From assembly GCA_031430615.1 (NCBI GenBank), contig JANPBV010000306.1, positions 1-41,713 on the forward strand: a DNA stretch of 41,713 bases, in the 5' to 3' direction. This stretch comes from Ignavibacteria bacterium (GTDB taxonomy: Bacteria > Bacteroidota > Ignavibacteria > Tepidaquicellales > OLB5). Below are positions 27,595 to 33,294 of this stretch, piece after piece (the first letter of the stretch is position 1; every line of letters starts with the position of its first letter). The notes below the pieces were generated by a model, which saw only the letters and a program-made list of their open reading frames with translations, was not told the DNA's origin and searched no databases. The translations under genes were made by a program, and so were the position numbers.

Positions 27595-27999
27595 TCATTT
27601 TTTTTGCATCTCTTGTGCAGCCCAGGTTGAAATATCTGACATTCTTTTGGCCTGCTCTGTGGTCATTTTAGCTGATACCTGCGATAGTTTTGTAGAAAAA
27701 TCCGTAGACTTTTTCCCAAGCTCAGTGTACTTATCTGTAACGCTCATATCACCAGCTTTGAACTTCTTGGTAACTTCAACATATTCTTTCATTATCTTTT
27801 CATAATCAGTAATGAGTCCGTCTATTTCATTGCCGCTTTCCGTCTTGGTATCAGTTTTTGTATCGCTCTTTGTTTCTGTCTTTGAATCAGTCTTTGTGTC
27901 AGTTTTTGTATCTGAATCCTTCTTGCCGCAGCTGTTTAACGAGAATGAGATGATGAATAAAGCTAAAAAAAGAACCGCTGTTTTGAATGCGTTTTTCAT
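27595..27999 (-). CDS. lipoprotein with (T/S)(D/E)(T/S)K tetrapeptide repeats and a helical C-terminal domain
   Basis: The start moves to ATG 27999, which aligns with the paralog start and the upstream AAAGAGGCAGAA. Lipobox LNSCG is followed by DSDTKTDTKTDSKTETKSDTKTDTKTES. The C-terminal ~75 aa are almost identical to those of 28616..29008. Confidence 0.8.
   Translation of the reverse strand: MKNAFKTAVLFLALFIISFSLNSCGKKDSDTKTDTKTDSKTETKSDTKTDTKTESGNEIDGLITDYEKIMKEYVEVTKKFKAGDMSVTDKYTELGKKSTDFSTKLSQVSAKMTTEQAKRMSDISTWAAQEMQKK
27835..27918 (-). repeat. 12-bp-period coding microrepeat (7 TDTK-type units)
   Basis: Residues D28-S55 of the lipoprotein. This copy has one more 4-aa unit than the paralog. 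Confidence 0.75.
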
Positions 28000-28056
28000 T
28001 GTTCTGCCTCTTTTTGTTTGGTTTTTGGAATGTTTGTTTATCATGATATTTTAAAC

Positions 28057-28086
28057 AGTGATGCGATGAGTTATTACCGTATCACT
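28057..28086 (-). promoter_or_regulatory. conserved leader hairpin, copy A (AGTGATGCG-N12-CGTATCACT)
   Basis: 9-bp inverted repeat with one mismatch and a 12-nt loop. It lies about 60 nt upstream of the lipoprotein ATG and downstream of the candidate -7 box at 28152..28159. Confidence 0.6.
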
Positions 28087-28149
28087 CTGAAAAATTTGAT
28101 GTGAAGATTGTTTCATAATACTAAACGATCTTATAGTTTTCATTTTATA

Positions 28150-28338
28150 TACAAAGATAGATTTATTCCAGACGGTAAAAAAAGAATATTTAAGGTCAAT
28201 GTTTAAAAACGGAGTATCTTTATACATCAAAAATTTATGCATATTTCCGTTTTTTTTATTATTTTAACCACTTTATTCCATTCCATTTGTTTGAAGAATT
28301 TATATTTTGGAATTTATTTGAAGATTGTTTCAGAAAAC
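28150..28338. promoter_or_regulatory. copy M3 of the conserved bidirectional control module
   Basis: TACAAAGATA at 28150..28159 and block TTTTGGAATTTATTTGAAGATTGTTTCAGAAAAC at 28305..28338. The whole interval 28150..28395 aligns end to end with 33055..33297 and has nearly the same length. Confidence 0.6.
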
Positions 28339-28390
28339 TGCATGACTAAAAACGTTAGCATACTGTATATACTATATTTTTAAAGGACTT

Positions 28391-28534
28391 ATGGCTAAAA
28401 CACACCGCTTTGTTTAATTTTTTTTTGATGAACAACCGCTAAAGGTGTTTAATAACTTTGTTAAATCTCATTTATTTGATACTAACAATTACAAATATCA
28501 ATATGTATTTTTTCATTTTTGTTGGAGTTATTAA
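28391..28534 (+). pseudogene. decayed, truncated 5' remnant of a sixth SPFFN-family gene
   Basis: Reads ATG..TAA(28415)..FFFDEQPLKVFNNFVKSHLFDTN, compared with copy 5 KKFDKQQLKDFNNFVKSPFFNTN. It has an in-frame stop after 8 codons. Similarity ends before the 13-bp-stem hairpin at 28534..28564. The upstream 80 nt are homologous to the copy 5 promoter region. Confidence 0.6.
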
Positions 28535-28564
28535 TAACCCGTGAGTTGGGGACTCACGGGTTAT
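28534..28564 (-). terminator. strong hairpin downstream of lipoprotein copy 2 (terminator-like, no clear U-run)
   Basis: ATAACCCGTGAGT / ACTCACGGGTTAT is a perfect 13-bp stem with a 5-nt loop. Confidence 0.5.
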
Positions 28565-28615
28565 ACTTCAATTAACGTACTGCATTATGGAGAACTATGC
28601 AGATTTGTTTACAGC

Positions 28616-29008
28616 TTATTTTTTTTGCATTTCCTCAGCTGCCCAGGTTGAAATATCTGACATTCTTTTCGCCTGCTCTGTGGTCATTTTAGCTGATACC
28701 TGTGAAAGCTTTGTCGAAAAATCCGTTGATTTTTTTCCAAGTTCAGTGTACTTATCTGTAACGCTCATATCACCTGCTTTAAACTTTTTAGTAACTTCAA
28801 CATATTCTTTCATTATCTTTTCATATTCGGTAATGAGTCCGTCTATTTCATTGCCGCTATCTGATTTTGTATCAGTTTTTGTCTCAGTTTTCGTATCGGT
28901 CTTTGAATCTGTTTTTGTGTCTGAGTCCTTCTTGCCGCAGCTATTTAAAGTGAATGCCATGAAAAGTACTGCTAAGAATAATACTGATGTTCTAATTGTG
29001 GATTTCAT
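28616..29008 (-). CDS. lipoprotein with TDTK-type repeats, paralog of 27595..27999
   Basis: Lipobox LNSCG followed by DSDTKTDSKTDTKTETKTDTKSDS. The C-terminal domain is nearly identical to that of copy A. Confidence 0.8.
   Translation of the reverse strand: MKSTIRTSVLFLAVLFMAFTLNSCGKKDSDTKTDSKTDTKTETKTDTKSDSGNEIDGLITEYEKIMKEYVEVTKKFKAGDMSVTDKYTELGKKSTDFSTKLSQVSAKMTTEQAKRMSDISTWAAEEMQKK
28856..28927 (-). repeat. 12-bp-period coding microrepeat (6 TDTK-type units)
   Basis: Residues D28-S51 of the lipoprotein. Confidence 0.75.
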
Positions 29009-29057
29009 TTTTTCTGCCTCTTTTTATTTTTTAGTTTTTTAAATGATGTTTTAAATC

Positions 29058-29087
29058 AGTGATGCGATAAGAACTTACCGCATCACT
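29058..29087 (-). promoter_or_regulatory. conserved leader hairpin, copy B (AGTGATGCG-N12-CGCATCACT)
   Basis: Perfect 9-bp inverted repeat lying between the stop of the 627-aa gene (29146) and the lipoprotein ATG (29008). Confidence 0.6.
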
Positions 29088-29145
29088 TTAATAAAATGTG
29101 ATGCTATTTAACCAGCCTTAGAAACAAGGCAGCAAAATAACGAAG

Positions 29146-31029
29146 TTATTTTACTAGCATCATTTTCTTGACGTCGGTGAAACCTTCTGCTTCAATTTTA
29201 TAGAAATATACACCTGAAGATAAAGTAGATGCGTTGAAATCTACTTTATATGAACCGGCATTGTAGTTTCCGTTAACCAGCTCTGAAATCTGTTTACCCA
29301 GCATATCATATACAACCAGCTTAACCATTCCTGATTTTGGAATGCTGAAATTAATATTAGTCACCGGATTGAACGGATTAGGATAGTTTTGGCTTAATTC
29401 AAATCTATCAGGAACATTATTGCCGATAGGTTCAACTGCGGTTATAAGCTGCTCAGCATTATAATATACGTTGTTTGGACCCTGGCCGGCGTATGTTAAG
29501 GCTGAGTTTAAAATACCGTTTGTATTAATAATAGCACAAACAGGCGCGAGTAGACCTGTGCTCATTACACTGTTTCTTTTATACTGATATGTACCCATGC
29601 TTGTAGGTGTTCCTCTTCTTATGGTAACAGAATCACCGTTCTGGTCAACTGTACACATCATTACATAGCCGCCTCCTGTTGTGTTTGAGTCTGACGAGCA
29701 CCATGTGAAATCCCTGAGTCCTACGCTTGTAAGATTCTGGTCTATAGTCCATGTTGTTCCGCCGTTTAATGAATAATGATACTTTGCAACGTTAGCTTTG
29801 GTGCATGTTACAATCATCTTTTTCTGCACAGTCCCGTGCTGCTGAACAACTGTTAAGCATGGTTTTTCATATTTTATTCCTGATGTATTAGTAATATAAT
29901 ATGGATGATATGTAGTACTCGGAAACTCAGGGGTTGCTAATACCCTTATTTCATAATCTGTAGCGGAAAATCTTCTTTCAATCGCAATATAAATTGAATC
30001 ACTGCCGTTTTTTTCACCATACTGCACGCTTGGGTAGAAATCGTTGTTCCCCGTTACAATTGCTGAATTTGAATGTGTTGAAGCCCAGTTTGTTGTAAAA
30101 TAATGCCTTAGGCCTACATGTGTGTTTGTATTGGTAGCTTCTTTAACAACGGCATGCATAAAAGTAGGCACATCATAATACTGTCCGTCACTGCACGCAG
30201 AAACATATTCATATTTATTGCCGGCCGGTGGCGTGCCAACAACCTGGTTAAACTGAGCAGTTCCGTTTCTTCTTGATGACCATACCCAAAGCTGTGCGTC
30301 GTTGCCGTTTACATTAGGCGCGGTTGTAAAATAAACTAAAAACCTTGTTGAATCAGGGTTTGAGTTATTTACGCTCCTGTTTTCTACAAGCATGGATAAT
30401 GTAAAGAGCTTCCATGACGCAAAAGACAGAGTTTGGCTCATGGGCCATGTTGCCCCGTTGTTTGAAGACATGTAAACAGTTATGCCGTCAAGTGTTCCGC
30501 TGATGCCGGTCCTTGCTATGCATAAATACATCCAGTTGTCGTCTCCCTGTTTTAAGTCAAGCCTTCTGAAAAAGCCGCCGTTTGTGCCTAAAGTTCCGCT
30601 GTAAGGCTGTACATCACTTGTATACCAGTCTGTCTGGAATGGTGGATTATTAAAGTTTGTGCTGAACTCAGCTTTAAATTCACTTTCCAGTGATGGCTGA
30701 TTTTGCTTTGACGGGCTATTCTGTTCAATGTATGACTGAATTAAATTCCCGATTCTCAGCTTCTCATTTTCATTGCTGGAATTCTTAGCATCCAGGTACT
30801 GGTTAATAAGCTCCTGCGGAATGTTCACATCATTTCTCTGAAGAACAGATTCCTGTCTTTCGCTGTTCCTGATGCCCCAGTCACCGGGGACTTCCTTTGA
30901 TTCCTTTGATTCATGTGATTCCTGTGCAAGTGAAACTGATGAGATAAGCAATAAGATCATTGCTTGAATTAAAAAAAGCGTTTTGAAATGTTTTCCCGAA
31001 GAAATTCGGGATTTTACTGTGTTCAACAT
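29146..31029 (-). CDS. T9SS-sorted secreted protein (627 aa), possible sialidase-like beta-propeller core
   Basis: Signal peptide ..SVSLAQE and an ESKESKE low-complexity linker. Asp-box-like motifs SSNNGATW and SLNGGTTW. C-terminal Por_Secre_tail QNYPNPFNPVTNINFSIP...KKMMLVK. Confidence 0.85.
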   Translation of the reverse strand: MLNTVKSRISSGKHFKTLFLIQAMILLLISSVSLAQESHESKESKEVPGDWGIRNSERQESVLQRNDVNIPQELINQYLDAKNSSNENEKLRIGNLIQSYIEQNSPSKQNQPSLESEFKAEFSTNFNNPPFQTDWYTSDVQPYSGTLGTNGGFFRRLDLKQGDDNWMYLCIARTGISGTLDGITVYMSSNNGATWPMSQTLSFASWKLFTLSMLVENRSVNNSNPDSTRFLVYFTTAPNVNGNDAQLWVWSSRRNGTAQFNQVVGTPPAGNKYEYVSACSDGQYYDVPTFMHAVVKEATNTNTHVGLRHYFTTNWASTHSNSAIVTGNNDFYPSVQYGEKNGSDSIYIAIERRFSATDYEIRVLATPEFPSTTYHPYYITNTSGIKYEKPCLTVVQQHGTVQKKMIVTCTKANVAKYHYSLNGGTTWTIDQNLTSVGLRDFTWCSSDSNTTGGGYVMMCTVDQNGDSVTIRRGTPTSMGTYQYKRNSVMSTGLLAPVCAIINTNGILNSALTYAGQGPNNVYYNAEQLITAVEPIGNNVPDRFELSQNYPNPFNPVTNINFSIPKSGMVKLVVYDMLGKQISELVNGNYNAGSYKVDFNASTLSSGVYFYKIEAEGFTDVKKMMLVK

Positions 31030-31222
31030 TTTGTTCTCCTGTTGTTTATTTATAGTGTTTGAAAAAAATTTAAATTTTTCTTTACTTTTATAGATAATTT
31101 TTAACTTGGTATATCTCTTGGACTATTCATTTTTGATTTCTAATATTTATCTAATTATATAAAATTTTCTTGCTGATTAACGCTGTTAATTTTTTTTTTG
31201 GAATTTGATATTTAATAAATTG

Positions 31223-32683
31223 TCATTTAACTAAAACCATTTTCTTTATTTCTGTAAATCCATCTGCTTCAATCCTGTAGAAATAAATACCTGAGGAAAA
31301 TTCTGTGGCGTCAAAATCAACCTTATATGAGCCTGCATTATATTCTCCGTCAACAAGTTCAGCAGCCTGTTTGCCAAGCGCATCGTAAACAACAAGCTTA
31401 ACGATTCCTGATCTTGGAATGCTGAAGTTAATATTTGTTACCGGGTTAAATGGGTTTGGATAGTTCTGGCCTAACGAAAAATTATCCGGTAAATTATTGC
31501 CATTAGGTTCAATTCCAACCGGATTGCCGGTGGGATCGCGCTTGTAGTATATTTCATAATTCCCATCACGATAGTCATACCATACCAAATGAACTGTCGG
31601 ACCGGAGATAGTAACCGAAGGAAACCCTGAGAAGGCGGCGGCACTATTAGTCAGCCTTATATCAGCTCCCCAGCTAATGCCTCCATCAGTTGTACGCTTG
31701 TAATATATCTCATCATCGGCATCACGCATGTCCTGCCACACCAAATGCGCAGCTTGGCCTGAAACAGCAATCGAAGGATACCATGAATGAGAAGAGCTAT
31801 TTGTAAGCCTGGTATCAATTCCCCAGCTTACCCCTTCATCTGTAGAGCGCTTATAATATATTTCATCATTAAGAATTCCATTGCGATTGTCATGCCATAC
31901 GAGATGAATATCTGAGCCTGAAGCAGCAACCGATGCATACCTCGAAGCGGAAGCGTTATTTGTCAGTCTTGTATCAGTTCCCCAGCTTACTCCTCCATCT
32001 GTAGAACGCTTGTGGTAAATCTCACTGTTTCCATCGCGCTGGTCATCCCATGCAACATGCACAACTGTTCCTAAAACTGTAATGGATGCATATTTTGATA
32101 ATCCGGCGCTATTCGTCATCCTTGTATCAGCTCCCCAGCTTATTCCACCATCTGTAGAGCGCTTGTAGTATATCTCTTGGTTTCCATTGCGGCTATCATC
32201 CCATACCAAATGAACAGTTGTACCGGATACTGTAAGTGAAGGGCTATATGAACCTCCGGGGCTATTCGTCATCCTTGTATCAGCTCCCCAGCTCGTTCCT
32301 TCATCTGTAGAGCGTTTGTAGTATATTTCATCGTCTCCGTCACGCGTGTCGTTCCATACCAAATGCACTGTTGAACCTGAAACTGCAATCGAAGGACTAT
32401 GTGATTGACTGGTATTATTTGTCAGTCTTATATCGGCTCCCCAGCTTAGACCGCCATCAGTGGAACGCTTGTAATATATCTCATTGTTTGAATTCATCAA
32501 TAAATCCCGGGTGTCATACCATACAACATGTATAACTGAACCTGTTGAAGCTACACACCATGAATTATTGAAAGAAGTATTTGATGCAGCAGGATCATTT
32601 GTTAGTCGTGCCTCTGGTAACCACTGCGTATATGACGAGTTTGTTAAAATAAGAATTAGAAGAATAATTAATACAGTTTTCAT
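31223..32683 (-). CDS. T9SS-sorted BNR/Asp-box repeat beta-propeller protein
   Basis: The start moves to MKTVLIILLILILTNSSYTQ. It has about 7 tandem ~47-aa repeats of the form W.D.R.G..EIYYKRSTDGG.SWG.D.RLTN...........SG..VHLV. The C-terminal Por_Secre_tail ends in KKMVLVK. Confidence 0.85.
   Translation of the reverse strand: MKTVLIILLILILTNSSYTQWLPEARLTNDPAASNTSFNNSWCVASTGSVIHVVWYDTRDLLMNSNNEIYYKRSTDGGLSWGADIRLTNNTSQSHSPSIAVSGSTVHLVWNDTRDGDDEIYYKRSTDEGTSWGADTRMTNSPGGSYSPSLTVSGTTVHLVWDDSRNGNQEIYYKRSTDGGISWGADTRMTNSAGLSKYASITVLGTVVHVAWDDQRDGNSEIYHKRSTDGGVSWGTDTRLTNNASASRYASVAASGSDIHLVWHDNRNGILNDEIYYKRSTDEGVSWGIDTRLTNSSSHSWYPSIAVSGQAAHLVWQDMRDADDEIYYKRTTDGGISWGADIRLTNSAAAFSGFPSVTISGPTVHLVWYDYRDGNYEIYYKRDPTGNPVGIEPNGNNLPDNFSLGQNYPNPFNPVTNINFSIPRSGIVKLVVYDALGKQAAELVDGEYNAGSYKVDFDATEFSSGIYFYRIEADGFTEIKKMVLVK
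31549..32623 (-). repeat. coding tandem repeats (~140 bp period) of the BNR propeller
   Basis: Units such as CCCCAGCT(T/C)A..CC.CCATC(A/T)GT(A/G)GA(A/G)CGCTT(G/A)TA(A/G)TA recur at a regular ~140-bp spacing. Confidence 0.8.
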
Positions 32684-32756
32684 TTTAATTGTCTTTTCTT
32701 TAAAATTTGATAAAATTATATGCATTATTTTGTATTATTAATTAATTTTTGCTTTT

Positions 32757-33035
32757 TTATGCTACTTTTTTGCTTACAGGTTCACTCCACGGACCCTGCA
32801 TCTTTGAATTTACTGCTGCCACCCTGAATAAATACATCTTGTTTTGTTTCAGACCCTTAATTGTGTACTTTGATTCATTTATTATATCTACCAAAACCCA
32901 TTTATCTTTTAAGCTTTCGACCTTGTATTCAATTACGTATGAATCTGCAATTTCCATTCCATCCCAATTAAGATCAACTTCGTTTTTAACATCGCCATTT
33001 GCTGCGCTTAAAGATGATATGATCAATTCCTGCAT
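32757..33035 (-). CDS. stand-alone fibronectin type III domain protein (92 aa, no signal peptide)
   Basis: VDLNWDG..ADSYVIEYK......W......ESKYTIKGLKQNKMYLFRVAAVNS.GPWS is a typical Fn3 pattern. It is the first gene behind the -7 box at 33057..33064. Confidence 0.65.
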   Translation of the reverse strand: MQELIISSLSAANGDVKNEVDLNWDGMEIADSYVIEYKVESLKDKWVLVDIINESKYTIKGLKQNKMYLFRVAAVNSKMQGPWSEPVSKKVA

Positions 33036-33054
33036 TCTTGTTTTAAATTTGTCT

Positions 33055-33242
33055 TACAAAGATAGAATCTGAAGCGCCCCAATAAAAAGAAATTTCAGCA
33101 CTAATGTTTTTAATGAAACAGGAATATTGCAGAAGGAAATTCTTTAAAATTGGATTTTTGTATTCTTTTTAGCATATTACGCAGAGTAGATTGTTAGTAG
33201 ATTTTGGTCTGTGGAATATATCGGCAGATTGTTTCTGAAAAG
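33055..33242. promoter_or_regulatory. copy M4 of the conserved bidirectional control module (between the Fn3/T9SS operon and SPFFN copy 5)
   Basis: TACAAAGATA at 33055..33064 is a -7 box 22 nt before the minus-strand ATG. Block TGGAATATATCGGCAGATTGTTTCTGAAAAG is at 33212..33242. Confidence 0.6.
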
Positions 33243-33259
33243 GGCATAACTAAAAACGT

Positions 33260-33267
33260 TATTTTTG
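33260..33267 (+). promoter_or_regulatory. candidate -7 box (TATTTTTG) of SPFFN copy 5
   Basis: Exact TAnnTTTG 28 nt upstream of the ATG at 33295. Confidence 0.45.
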
Positions 33268-33294
33268 TTAAACTGTACTTAATTCTATAGACTT

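Larger units (their letters stand above)
27540..28100 (-). repeat. lipoprotein cassette, duplicate A (gene + leader hairpin + 3' TTCAATTAACGTA box)
   Basis: High DNA identity by eye to 28567..29100 across the gene. The flanks share TTCAATTAACGTA at the 3' side and AGTGATGCG-N12-CG(T/C)ATCACT at the 5' side. Confidence 0.8.
28567..29100 (-). repeat. lipoprotein cassette, duplicate B
   Basis: See 27540..28100. Confidence 0.8.

Noticed and set aside
28051-28242. 63-aa minus-strand ORF in the lipoprotein leader region
   Set aside because: It overlaps the conserved hairpin and the -7 box, is not conserved in cassette B and looks like a random AT-rich ORF.
28305-28338. Reading the TGGAAT...TTGA part of the conserved block as a sigma-54 -24/-12 promoter
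   Set aside because: The GG-to-(T)TG spacing is one nucleotide short in M3, the -12 GC element is missing, and the other module copies do not keep the spacing.
27835-28927. TDTK 12-bp repeats and other tandem repeats as a possible CRISPR array
   Set aside because: The period is far too short, there are no unique spacers, the repeats are in frame within coding sequence, and no cas genes are present.
27812-29042. Plus-strand ORFs 27812..28054 (80 aa) and 28587..29042 (151 aa) with SVFVSVFES repeats
   Set aside because: They are the antisense reading of the TDTK lipoprotein genes. The minus-strand frames have lipoboxes, an RBS-like AGAGG and a conserved C-terminal domain.
2051-32725. N-terminal extensions of ORF-track models (2051, 5380, 24301, 28044, 32725)
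   Set aside because: In each case an internal Met gives a proper signal peptide, a Rossmann start or a paralog-aligned N-terminus. The extensions are hydrophobic or basic AT-rich read-through.
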